Shown: positions 10,728-19,881, numbered from the stretch's first letter. The stretch: 41,313 nt of DNA from Candidatus Aminicenantes bacterium RBG_16_66_30 (GCA_001775715.1 MEYC01000061.1:960-42272); one strand, 5' to 3'. Made by a program: numbers and translations. The notes: generated from the sequence alone by a model not told the origin.

Positions 10728-12134
10728 TCAATCGGTGCCGACGCCGTCCCAGCAGAAGGTGCAGAGCTTGGCCTTAGGCAGTCCGATGGCCGCGACGAGG
10801 TCCTCGAGCCGCTGGTAGCGCAGGGTGGTCAAGCTGAGGGTCCTGGCGATCCAGTCGACCATAGCCTCGTATCTCTCTGAGCCGGACCGGGCATACTCGC
10901 CGATGTTTTTCGGCTCCGGACCTTCGAGCGCGGCGATGGCCTTTCGGGCCGCCAGGTCGAGCTCGGACCGCGAGCGCGAGAAATTGAGATACTTGCAGCC
11001 GTAGGTGAGGGGCGGGCAGGCCGGCCGCATGTGGACCTCGACGGCGCCGGAATCGTGCAGCCGCTGGATGGTGTCCTTGAGCTGGGTGCCCCGGACGATG
11101 GAATCCTCGCAGAAGAGCAACTTCTTCCCCTGGATGATCTCCCGGATGGGAATGAGCTTCATCCGGGCCACCTGATCACGGACGTCCTGGTTCTGGGGCA
11201 TGAAGCTCCTGGCCCAGGTCGGGGTGTATTTGACGAAGGGGCGGCGGAAGGGGATGCCCGCCTCGGCGGCATAGCCCAAGCCGTGTCCGATCCCCGAGTC
11301 GGGGATCCCGGCGACGAGATCGACCTCGACCTTGTCGCTCCGGGCCAAGAAGGCCCCGCAGCGGTTGCGGACCGTCTCGACATTGATCCCCTCGTAGTTC
11401 GACGCGGGGTAGCCGTAGTAGACCCAGAGGAAAGAGCAGATCTGGAGCTTGTCCAGCGGCGGCGCCAGGGTCTCGGCGCCCTCCGGGCCCAGCCGGACGA
11501 TCTCGCCCGGGCCGAGGTACCGGTCGATCTCGTAGCCGAGGTTCGGGAAGGCGCAGGTCTCGAGCGAAGCCGCGCAGGTCCCGTCCTTCCTCCCTATCAC
11601 GACCGGCGTCCGGCCGTACCTGTCCCGCGCGGCCAGAACGCCTTCGTCGGTCAAGATGAGGATCGAGCACGATCCTTTGATCATTTCGCCGGCGTACCGG
11701 ATGCCCTCCTCGAAGCTGTCCTTCTCGTTGATGAGGGCGGCGACGAGCTCGGTCGGGTTGACCTCGCCGCCCCGCATCTCGGAGAAGTGCAGGGACTTGC
11801 CCTTGAAGGCCCGGGCGACGAGCTCGTCGATGTTCTTGACGACGCCGACCGTGGCGATCGAGAAATTGCCGAGGTGTGACCGGATAAGGAGGGGCTGGTC
11901 CTCGTAGTCGCTGATGACGCCGATCCCCCGCGTCCCGCGGAGCTTGCCGACGTCCTCCCCGAACTTCGACCGGAACTGGGCGTTCTCGATGTTGTGGATA
12001 TAGCGGACAATGCCGGTCCCGTTGCCGACGGCCAGGCCGCCGCGCTTGGTCCCGAGGTGGGAGTGGTAGTCGGTGCCGAAAAACAGGTCCTCGACGATGT
12101 CGGTCTTGCCGACCAGTCCGAAAAATCCGCCCAT
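10728..12134 (-). CDS. purF: Amidophosphoribosyltransferase-like protein (PurF family, MGGFFG variant without Cys1)
   Basis: RDRYGRTP, CSFLWVYY, GIPDSG, RSF, KLIPI, PRPP loop EDSIVRGT, C-terminal CTFC. Confidence 0.85.
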   Translation of the reverse strand: MGGFFGLVGKTDIVEDLFFGTDYHSHLGTKRGGLAVGNGTGIVRYIHNIENAQFRSKFGEDVGKLRGTRGIGVISDYEDQPLLIRSHLGNFSIATVGVVKNIDELVARAFKGKSLHFSEMRGGEVNPTELVAALINEKDSFEEGIRYAGEMIKGSCSILILTDEGVLAARDRYGRTPVVIGRKDGTCAASLETCAFPNLGYEIDRYLGPGEIVRLGPEGAETLAPPLDKLQICSFLWVYYGYPASNYEGINVETVRNRCGAFLARSDKVEVDLVAGIPDSGIGHGLGYAAEAGIPFRRPFVKYTPTWARSFMPQNQDVRDQVARMKLIPIREIIQGKKLLFCEDSIVRGTQLKDTIQRLHDSGAVEVHMRPACPPLTYGCKYLNFSRSRSELDLAARKAIAALEGPEPKNIGEYARSGSERYEAMVDWIARTLSLTTLRYQRLEDLVAAIGLPKAKLCTFCWDGVGTD

Positions 12135-12161
12135 GCCCGCCTCCTTTCCGAAGTTCGGCTC

Positions 12162-12190
12162 ATCATAACACCGCCCATCGACCGTTTCAA
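12162..12190 (-). promoter_or_regulatory. Promoter of the purF-like gene
   Basis: TTGAAA, 17 bp spacer, TATGAT with a TGn extension; AAGGAGG SD downstream. Confidence 0.7.
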
Positions 12191-12220
12191 TGCGAAAAAG
12201 CGGCCGGGACGGGAGCTCGG

Positions 12221-12249
12221 TTGAACGCGGCCGTTCAATCTGTTATAAA
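12221..12249 (+). promoter_or_regulatory. Promoter of the pepP operon, with an overlapping palindrome
   Basis: TTGAAC, 17 bp spacer, TATAAA with a TGn extension; TTGAACG-N4-CGTTCAA inverted repeat. Confidence 0.65.
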
Positions 12250-12279
12250 GTCCCTGAACGACACCCCGAGGAGGACGAC

Positions 12280-13668
12280 ATGTTCAAAGCCGCGACGTAT
12301 GTCGAGAGACGCAAGCTCCTGAGGAAGTCGGTCGGGTCGGGCCTGATGATCTTCCTGGCCAACGAGGAGAGCCCGATGAACTACCCGGCCAACACGTATC
12401 ATTACCGGCAGGACAGCTCGTTCCTGTATTTCTTCGGCCTGTCTTCCCCGGGGCTGGCCGCGATCGCCGACGCGGACGATGGGACCGATACGCTCTACGG
12501 CGACGATATCGGGATCGAGGACATCATCTGGATGGGGAACCTGCCCAAGCTCAAGGACCGGGCCCTCGAAGTCGGCGTCCGGAAGGTCGCGCCCCGGGCC
12601 GCCTTCGACGAGACCGTGCGCCAAGCGCTGGCCGCCGGCCGGACCGTCCATTTCCTCCCGCCGTACCGTCCCGATAACAAGATCGCGCTCGCCGGGCTCC
12701 TGGGCCTCCCCGTCGGGGAGCTGAAGGCCAAGGCGTCCGGCGCGTTCATCAAGGCCTCGGTCGACCAGCGCATCCTCAAAACCAAGGAGGAGGTCCGCGA
12801 GATCGAGTCCGCCGTCGCGGTCAGCCATGAAATGTACCATTCGGCGATGAAGCTGGCCAAGCCCGGCCGCTACGAATACCAGATCTCCGGGGCCATGGAA
12901 GGGATCGCCCTCGCCTACGGCATGCACCTGGCCTTCCCGCCGATCGTCACCATCAACGGCCAGACCCTGCACATGCACGCGCACGACAACCTGCTGGCCA
13001 GGGGACGCCTGCTGGTCCTGGACTGCGGCGCGGAAGCCCCCAGCGGTTACGCGTCCGATATCACCCGCTCCGTGCCCGTGGGCGGACGCTTCAACGCCCG
13101 CCAGAAGTCCGTCTACGAGATCGTCCTGGCCGGCCAGGAATCGGCCATCAAGGCCATCAAGCCTGGCGTCAATTTCAAGGACATCCATCTCCAGACGGCC
13201 CGGGTCATGGCCGCGGGTTTGAAGGACCTCGGCTTGATGAAGGGCGATCCGGCCGAAGCGGTGGCCGCCGGCGCCCACGCCTTGTTCTTCCCCCACGGCC
13301 TCGGCCACAATCTTGGCCTCGACGTCCACGACATGGAGGATTACGGCGAGAACAACGTGGGCTATGGCGAGAAGGTCGAGCGGAGCGCCCAGTTCGGGCT
13401 GGCCTATCTCCGCATGGCCCGCGAGCTCAAGCCCGGCCACGTCCTGACGGTCGAGCCCGGCCTCTACTTCATTCCGGCTCTCGTGGCCCTGTGGAAGAAG
13501 GAGAAGAAGCACAAAGACTTCATCGCCTACGACGCGGTCGAGCAGTTCCTCGACTTCGGCGGGGCCCGGATCGAGGACGACGTCCTGGTCACCGAGAAGG
13601 GCCGCCGGGTCCTCGGACCGCCCATCCCGAAGACGGTCGCCGACATCGAAAAGGCCTGTCGCTCTTGA
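12280..13668 (+). CDS. pepP: Xaa-Pro aminopeptidase (M24B), 462 aa
   Basis: YRQDSSFLY, LDCGAE...YASDITR, HGLGH.LGLDVHD, TVEPGLYF, RIEDDVLVT; GAGGAGG SD. Confidence 0.93.
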   Translation: MFKAATYVERRKLLRKSVGSGLMIFLANEESPMNYPANTYHYRQDSSFLYFFGLSSPGLAAIADADDGTDTLYGDDIGIEDIIWMGNLPKLKDRALEVGVRKVAPRAAFDETVRQALAAGRTVHFLPPYRPDNKIALAGLLGLPVGELKAKASGAFIKASVDQRILKTKEEVREIESAVAVSHEMYHSAMKLAKPGRYEYQISGAMEGIALAYGMHLAFPPIVTINGQTLHMHAHDNLLARGRLLVLDCGAEAPSGYASDITRSVPVGGRFNARQKSVYEIVLAGQESAIKAIKPGVNFKDIHLQTARVMAAGLKDLGLMKGDPAEAVAAGAHALFFPHGLGHNLGLDVHDMEDYGENNVGYGEKVERSAQFGLAYLRMARELKPGHVLTVEPGLYFIPALVALWKKEKKHKDFIAYDAVEQFLDFGGARIEDDVLVTEKGRRVLGPPIPKTVADIEKACRS

Positions 13669-14507
13669 GGATCGCTCTCGTTCAACAGCACGCGACCGAC
13701 GACCCTGCGGAGAACCGGGAACGGGGGAAACGGGCATTCCTGGAAGCGGCCGCGGCGGGCGCCCGGCTCGTCGCCTTCGCCGAGCTGGGCTTCACCCGGT
13801 TCTATCCCCAGGTGCCGGCCGCGGCCGGCTCGGCGGCCCTAGCCGAAACGATCCCGGGCCCGACGACGGACATGTTCTCAGCCCTGGCCCGCGAAACGGG
13901 CGTCGTCGCCGTCCTGAACCTCTTCGAACGTGAGGGGGACCGGACCTACGACGCCTCGCCTGTCATCGATGCCGACGGCCGCCTCCTGGGCGTCGTCCGG
14001 ATGGTCCACATCATGGAGGGGCCGGGATTCCATGAGCGCGGCTATTATGCTCCGGGGGACCGCGGCGAGTTCGTCTTTCCCACGGCCGCCGGGCGGATCG
14101 GCGTCGCCATCTGCTACGACCGGCATTTCCCCGAATACATGAGGGGCCTCCGGCTCGCCGGGGCTGAGCTTGTCGTCGTGCCCCAGGCCGGGGCGGTCGG
14201 GGAGTGGACCGAGGGCATCTTCGAGGCCGAGCTCCGGGTCGCCGCGTTCCAGAACGGGTATCACGCCGCCCTGGTCAACCGCGTCGGCCCCGAGGGCGGG
14301 CTCGAGTTCGCCGGTGAATCCTTCGCCGTCGATCCCGACGGACGGGTCATCGCCCGAGCCCCGCGCGGCCGCGATCATATCCTCTTCGCCGATTGCGACC
14401 TGGCCAGGAACCCGGCGTCCCACGCCGCCCGGCACTTTCTCGAGGACCGGCGGCCGTCGGTCTATGGACGGATGGGGATTGCCGACGACGGCCGGAAGGC
14501 CCGCTGA
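13665..14507 (+). CDS. Carbon-nitrogen hydrolase (nitrilase superfamily, N-carbamoylputrescine amidase-like), 280 aa
   Basis: RIALVQ, FAELG, AICYDRHFPE, NRVG.E...FAGES...PDG. TTG start overlaps the pepP stop. Confidence 0.88.
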   Translation: MRIALVQQHATDDPAENRERGKRAFLEAAAAGARLVAFAELGFTRFYPQVPAAAGSAALAETIPGPTTDMFSALARETGVVAVLNLFEREGDRTYDASPVIDADGRLLGVVRMVHIMEGPGFHERGYYAPGDRGEFVFPTAAGRIGVAICYDRHFPEYMRGLRLAGAELVVVPQAGAVGEWTEGIFEAELRVAAFQNGYHAALVNRVGPEGGLEFAGESFAVDPDGRVIARAPRGRDHILFADCDLARNPASHAARHFLEDRRPSVYGRMGIADDGRKAR

Positions 14508-14983
14508 TGCCGCGCTGGTACGTCCTCAACACCAAGCCCAAGAAAGAGAGCCAGGTCGAGAGGCTCTTCATCGAAGGCGGCTTCACGATTTACTGCCCGA
14601 AGTACCTCCATGAAAAGCGCGTCGGGCCCTTCTTCCCGGGCTACGCCTTCCTGCGGTTCGAGTTCCCCGAACAGTACCAGATGGTCAAATACACTCGCGG
14701 CGTCAAGCGGGTCGTCGGCAATGACGACGGACCGACACCCATCCCGGACGAGATCGTCGAGGGCATCCGGGCCCGCGAGCGCGGCGGGCTCATCGTCTTC
14801 GAGAAATACGGCGAGGAGCCCGTGGCCGGGGACGAGATCGAGGTCGTCGAGGGCCCCCTCAAAGGCCTCAAGGGCGTCTTCCGCAAGGAGGTCGGCGCGA
14901 CCGAACGGGTGATGATCCTCCTGAACTACGTCTCCTACCAGGGCATGCTCCTCATCGAGAAAGACAAGCTCAAGAAGATCTAG
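14507..14983 (+). CDS. NusG paralogue (RfaH/UpxY/LoaP-like antiterminator), 158 aa
   Basis: WYVLNTKPKKE, PFFPGYAF, TRGVKRVVG, PTPIPD (NGN domain); GDEIEVVEGPLKGLKG (KOW). TGATG overlap with the upstream gene. Confidence 0.9.
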   Translation: MPRWYVLNTKPKKESQVERLFIEGGFTIYCPKYLHEKRVGPFFPGYAFLRFEFPEQYQMVKYTRGVKRVVGNDDGPTPIPDEIVEGIRARERGGLIVFEKYGEEPVAGDEIEVVEGPLKGLKGVFRKEVGATERVMILLNYVSYQGMLLIEKDKLKKI

Positions 14984-14990
14984 CCCGTCC

Positions 14991-15132
14991 ACTCTCTCCG
15001 GCTTTGCTCGGGAATTGCCTCTGGCTCCCCGGCCCCCCGGAAACCAGTCGTCCGGTTTCCCCCGCTGCGCGGGTCCCCCTTCCACGGACGGGGATCTTCG
15101 AGGCGAATTCCCTCGCAGCCTCGAGAGGGAGT
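14991..15132. repeat. Structured intergenic element with nested inverted repeats (REP/MITE-like or ncRNA)
   Basis: ACTCTCTC/GAGGGAGT, GGGAATTGCCTC (15010-21)/GAGGCGAATTCCC (15100-12), GGAAACC/GGTTTCC, CCCGC/GCGGG. Confidence 0.55.
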
Positions 15133-15149
15133 CGGTTTGAGCGATGATT

Positions 15150-16259
15150 TTATTTGAGTGCCTTCAGGGCGTCGAGGAACGGCGGGCCGAGGCTGCTCGA
15201 CGAGAAATAGACGATCCCGTCGGCCTTGAGGGCTTTGCTGATCCTCATCTGTTCGATCATGCCCTCGGGGGTGTTCTGATTATGGGACGTCCCGATGCCG
15301 ATCCCGGGGCAGACGAGGGCGCGCCCCTTGCCGATGGCCACGGCCTCTCCGACGAGCTTCTCGAAGTGGCGGGCGTCGTTCGTGTAGAGCATGGGATTGA
15401 GCATGTCGACGAGGCCCTCGCGGCCCCAGGCCGCCCAGTCCTGTCCGATCATGACCCGGGCGTTGACGGCGTCGGGAAAAACGGCTGCGCTGATCTTGAT
15501 CTTCCGGCCCGTCGCCTTGAGCGCGGCCCTTAGTTCGCGGACGAACACGGTCACCCGGTCCGTGTTCCAGCGCAGCCAGGCGTTCCAGGCCATGTTGCCC
15601 GTGTCCCGGGCCTTGACCGCGGCCATGTCGATACCGGTGTCCGTCTTGAAGAGACGGAGGGTCTCGGGATCGAAGCTGAAGAATGGCTCGGTCGGCTCGC
15701 AGGGGAAACGGATGTAGTCGAGATGGATCCAGTCGACGTCGTATTTCCGGGCGACCTCGAGCATGAGGCTCAACTCGTAGGCCCGGGCCGCGGGATGGGC
15801 CGGGTTCGCCGCCGCGACCATTTCGCGCTTCGGGCTGGCGATGAGCCATTCAGGGTGCTGGCGGACCTGGCCGAGGAGGGCCGATTCGGGGAAGACGCAG
15901 AACCAAGGATGGACCTCCATCTTCCGCTGCTTGGCCTCGGCCAGGAAGACCTCGAGGAAATCCCAATTCCAGTTCCCGTCCGGGACGCCGATCTCGCTGG
16001 CGTAGTAAACGTGGCCCGAGGTGTTCTTGACGAGCATGATCAGCGTGTCGATGCCGGCCCGGGCGTATTCGTCGAGGGTCGTCCGCATCTTCTCCAGGGC
16101 CTTCGTCTTGTCGGGACCGAAGAAGCCCGGATGCATCCAGACGCCGCGCACCGGCACGCCCAACGCGGTGTCGCCGGCCCCCGCCGCGCAGGCGGGAACG
16201 GCGAGCGCGGCGAACGCGAAGACCGTCAGAAAAAGAGCGCAGAAGGCTTTGGCTCTCAT
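15150..16259 (-). CDS. Secreted glycoside hydrolase-like protein, GHL10/UPF0748 (YddW-like)
   Basis: Signal peptide, RGVW, EAKQRKMEVHPW, HPEW, NPAHP, YDVDWIHLDYIRFP, ISAAV, QDW..W, PMLY. Confidence 0.85.
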   Translation of the reverse strand: MRAKAFCALFLTVFAFAALAVPACAAGAGDTALGVPVRGVWMHPGFFGPDKTKALEKMRTTLDEYARAGIDTLIMLVKNTSGHVYYASEIGVPDGNWNWDFLEVFLAEAKQRKMEVHPWFCVFPESALLGQVRQHPEWLIASPKREMVAAANPAHPAARAYELSLMLEVARKYDVDWIHLDYIRFPCEPTEPFFSFDPETLRLFKTDTGIDMAAVKARDTGNMAWNAWLRWNTDRVTVFVRELRAALKATGRKIKISAAVFPDAVNARVMIGQDWAAWGREGLVDMLNPMLYTNDARHFEKLVGEAVAIGKGRALVCPGIGIGTSHNQNTPEGMIEQMRISKALKADGIVYFSSSSLGPPFLDALKALK

Positions 16260-16281
16260 AGGGCTCCTCCTTGTTCGGCGT

Positions 16282-17850
16282 TCATCGGCGCGGACGGCCG
16301 AACCCGCCGCCGCCGGGCGTTTCGATCCTGAGGACGTCGCCCGGGTGGATCTTGATATTGACCTTCGAGCCGAGCGTTCTCGCGCGCCCGGCCGAGACGA
16401 GGGTGTTCTTTCCCATCGCGCCGGGCCCGCCGCCCCGGACGCCGTAGGGCGGGAACCGGCGCCTGTCCGACATGACGGTCAGGGCCGCGGGAACGAGGAA
16501 TTCGTATTCGCGGACGATCCCCTCGCCGCCGCGGTGAAGCCCGCGTCCGCCGGAGCCCTTCCGGAGACCGTATCGGCGGATCTTCAGGGGCAGATAGTTC
16601 TCGAGGGCCTCGACGGGCGTATTGAGGGAGTTGGTCATGTGCGTGTGCACGCCGCTGAGCCCGGCCGCAGTGGCTCCGGCGCCCATGCCGCCGCCGATCG
16701 TTTCGTAGTACGCGAAGTGACGGTCCCGGGCCGGATCGTAGCCGCCGAAAGCGACGTTGTTCATCGTTCCCTGGCTCGCCGCCGGGATCCGGCCGGGCAG
16801 GGCCTTGGCCAGGGCTCCGAGAAGCACGTCGACGATGCGCTGGGAGGTCTCGACGTTGCCTCCGGCGCACGCAGCCGGGAACTCCGCGTTGACGATGGAC
16901 CGGCGCGGGGCGACGATCTCGAGGGGCCGCATCAGGCCCGTGTTGAAGGGGATGTCCTCCTCGACGAGCGAACGGAAGACGTAGAGCACGGCCGACGACG
17001 TGATGGCATAGTTGGCGTTGACGCCGCCCTCGGTCTGGGGCGAGGAGGGGCTGAAATCGACGACGGCCCGGTCGCCGCGGACGGTCACGCGGACGCCGAT
17101 CTTGATGGGCCGGTCCGAGATGCCGTCGTCGTCGAGGAAGTCCTCGAAGGCGTACGTGCCATCGGGGATGGCCTTGATGGTCGCCCGGAGAAAGCCCTCC
17201 GTATAGTCCTGGATGATCGCGGAATAGAGCCGGACCTTGGCGGCGCCGAACCTGGCCACGGCCTCCTCGAGCCGGACCCGGCCGATCTCGTTGGCCGCGA
17301 TCTGGGCCAGGAGGTCGCCCCGCCGCTCGTCGGGGGTGCGGACGTTGGAGAGGAGGAGATCGAACACGGCCCGGTTCATCCGGCCGCGGGAATAGAGCTT
17401 GATCGGCGGGATGATCAGGCCCTCCTGAAAGAGCTCCGTGGCCAGGGGCATGGAACCCGGCGTCATGCCGCCGACGTCCGAATGGTGGGCCCGGTTGGCC
17501 ACGAAAAAGCTGAGCTTGCGGCCCAGGAAGACCGGGGAGATGCAGGTGATGTCGGGCAGGTGCGTGCCGCCCCGGTAGGGATCGTTGAGGATGACGAGAT
17601 CGCCCTTCTCGAAGGTCACCGCCCCGAGCGCGGCCTGGACGGACAGGGGCATCGCGCCCAGGTGGACGGGGATGTGGGAGCCCTGGGCCAGCGTCTCGCC
17701 TTTCTCGTTGAAAAGAGAGCAGGAGAAATCTTTCCGTTCCTTGATGTTGGGGGAGAGGGCGGTCCGGCCGAGGACGGCGCCCATCTCCTCGGAGACGGCG
17801 ATGAACACGTTCTTGAAGAGCTCGAGCTCGATCGGGTCGGGCCGCTTCAT
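16282..17850 (-). CDS. Hydantoinase B / 5-oxoprolinase subunit
   Basis: EEMG..L.RTA.SPNIKERKDFSC, HIPVHLG, NDPY.GGTHLPD, HHSDVGG, HTHMTN..NTPVE, ETPGGGG. Confidence 0.93.
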   Translation of the reverse strand: MKRPDPIELELFKNVFIAVSEEMGAVLGRTALSPNIKERKDFSCSLFNEKGETLAQGSHIPVHLGAMPLSVQAALGAVTFEKGDLVILNDPYRGGTHLPDITCISPVFLGRKLSFFVANRAHHSDVGGMTPGSMPLATELFQEGLIIPPIKLYSRGRMNRAVFDLLLSNVRTPDERRGDLLAQIAANEIGRVRLEEAVARFGAAKVRLYSAIIQDYTEGFLRATIKAIPDGTYAFEDFLDDDGISDRPIKIGVRVTVRGDRAVVDFSPSSPQTEGGVNANYAITSSAVLYVFRSLVEEDIPFNTGLMRPLEIVAPRRSIVNAEFPAACAGGNVETSQRIVDVLLGALAKALPGRIPAASQGTMNNVAFGGYDPARDRHFAYYETIGGGMGAGATAAGLSGVHTHMTNSLNTPVEALENYLPLKIRRYGLRKGSGGRGLHRGGEGIVREYEFLVPAALTVMSDRRRFPPYGVRGGGPGAMGKNTLVSAGRARTLGSKVNIKIHPGDVLRIETPGGGGFGRPRR

Positions 17851-19868
17851 CGGGCGTCCCCCCTGCGCACGACGAGGTTGGCGTAAGCGTCGACCCGGGC
17901 CGCGTAGCCGGGCGGTAGGAACGTGGTCGACTCGGGATCGATGATGAGGGCCGGCCCGCGAACGCCGTTCCCCGGGCGAAGCCGGGTCCTGTCGACGACC
18001 GTGCCTTCGTGAGCCCGGCGCCCGGAGAAGATGGACTGTTTCCTGAGGATAGCCCGAGGGTCGAGGACGGAGGATCCCCGCTCCTTGACCAGGGGGATCT
18101 TGGGGGTCATGGCTACGGCTTTGACGCGGAGGTTGACGATCTCGACCGGCCGCCTATCGTGGCGGTAGGAGTAGAGCTTCTCGTGGCGGGCATGGAAGGC
18201 CTCGAGGAAGGCGCGGCCGGCGGAGCGGGCCTTGCGGAAGGGCACGTCGATCTCGTAGGACTGGCCGAGATAGCGGCAGTCGAGGGAGCGTTCGAGCACG
18301 ACGTCCTTCGCGGCGAATCCGTCGGCGGACATGTCGCGGAGGCTCACGGCCTCGAGCTTGCGGAACTCCTTTTCAAGCCCGTCGACACTGACCTCGGAGT
18401 CCGGCTTCATGAGGGACCTCGTGTAGTCCTTGACGGGATCGGCCATGAGCAGCCCGAAGGCCGACAGGACGCCGGCGTTGCGCGGCACGACGACCGTCGG
18501 CATGCCCAGGTGTTCGGCCATCTCGACGGCGTGCATGCCGCCGGCGCCGCCGAACGGAAAGAGGGCGAAGGCCCGGGGATCATGGCCTCGCTCGACCGAG
18601 ATCACCCGGATGGCCTTTTCCATGTTGGCGTTGGCGACGGCGACGATCCCGAGGGCCGTCTCCCGCTCGGATTTGCCGATGCGGCGGGCCAGGGCGCCGA
18701 CGGCGGCCCGGCTCCTCTCCGGATAGATACGCATCTTGCCGCCCAGGAAGAACTCCGGGTCCAGCCGGCCGAGGCATAGGTTGGCGTCGGTCACGGTCGG
18801 CAGGTCGCCCTGGCCATAGCAGGCCGGGCCGGGATCGGCCCCGGCGCTTTTGGGGCCGACGCGGAGCGAGCCGCCCCGGTCGACGAAGGCGATCGAGCCG
18901 CCGCCGGCGCCTACGGAATGGATATCGATGATGGGCAGGCGGATGGGGAAGTCCCCGACCCGGCTTTCGTGGGTCCGCCGGATCCCGCCCTCAATGAGCG
19001 AGACGTCCGTCGAGGTCCCGCCCATGTCGAAGCTGACGATATTGGGATAGCCGGCGGCCCGGGCCAGGGCGCGCGCCCCGACAACCCCCCCGGCCGGTCC
19101 GGAGAGCGCGGTCTTGATGGGTTCGAGGCGGGCCCGGGCAGGGGAGATGTAGCCTTCGTTCGACTGCATGATCCGGAGCTCGGCCCGGCCCAGGCGGCGG
19201 TCGAGCTCACCGAGATAGCGGTCCATGACCGGCATGAGATAGGCGTTCGTGGCCGTCGTGGACATGCGCTCGAACTCGCGGTACTCGGGGAGCAGGCGGC
19301 TGGAGATCGACGCGAGCAGGCCCGCCCGCTGGAGCTCGCGGGCGACGATCTCCTCGTGCCTAGGATTGGCGTAAGCGTGGAGCAGACAGACCACCACGGC
19401 CTCCGCGCCGGACCTCCGGATCTTCGCGATCGTCCGGCGGACCTCCGCGCGGCTGACAGGCCGTTCGACGCGGCCCGAAGAGAGCGTCCTCTCCCTGAGG
19501 CCGAACCGCCTTCCGGCGGGGATGAGCTCGAACCGGGACTCGGGCTGGAGAGAATAGAGCTCGCGGCGCGTCTGCCTCCCGATGGCCAGGACATCCTCGA
19601 AGCCGGCCGTGGTGATGAGAGCGATCCGGCCGCCCTTTCGCTGAAGAAGGGCGTTGGTGGCCACGGTCGTGCCATGGACGATGAAGACCGAAGGGCCTTC
19701 CTTCAGGACGTCGCTGATCCCCTCGAAGATCGCCTGCGAGGGGTCCCGGGGGGTCGACAGGACCTTCCTGTTGGAGAGGCGCCCGTCCTTCCAGATGACG
19801 AAATCGGTGAACGTCCCGCCGGTATCCACCCCGACACGGACGCTTGCGGGTCGATTCCGGCCTTTCAT
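17847..19868 (-). CDS. Hydantoinase A / 5-oxoprolinase ATP-binding subunit
   Basis: GVDTGGTFTD, HGTTVATNALL, EYREFER, SGPAGG, DMGGTSTD, GAGGGSIA, GPKSAGADPGPACY, FGGAG. Confidence 0.94.
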   Translation of the reverse strand: MKGRNRPASVRVGVDTGGTFTDFVIWKDGRLSNRKVLSTPRDPSQAIFEGISDVLKEGPSVFIVHGTTVATNALLQRKGGRIALITTAGFEDVLAIGRQTRRELYSLQPESRFELIPAGRRFGLRERTLSSGRVERPVSRAEVRRTIAKIRRSGAEAVVVCLLHAYANPRHEEIVARELQRAGLLASISSRLLPEYREFERMSTTATNAYLMPVMDRYLGELDRRLGRAELRIMQSNEGYISPARARLEPIKTALSGPAGGVVGARALARAAGYPNIVSFDMGGTSTDVSLIEGGIRRTHESRVGDFPIRLPIIDIHSVGAGGGSIAFVDRGGSLRVGPKSAGADPGPACYGQGDLPTVTDANLCLGRLDPEFFLGGKMRIYPERSRAAVGALARRIGKSERETALGIVAVANANMEKAIRVISVERGHDPRAFALFPFGGAGGMHAVEMAEHLGMPTVVVPRNAGVLSAFGLLMADPVKDYTRSLMKPDSEVSVDGLEKEFRKLEAVSLRDMSADGFAAKDVVLERSLDCRYLGQSYEIDVPFRKARSAGRAFLEAFHARHEKLYSYRHDRRPVEIVNLRVKAVAMTPKIPLVKERGSSVLDPRAILRKQSIFSGRRAHEGTVVDRTRLRPGNGVRGPALIIDPESTTFLPPGYAARVDAYANLVVRRGDAR

Positions 19869-19881
19869 GGGCGAAGGCCTA

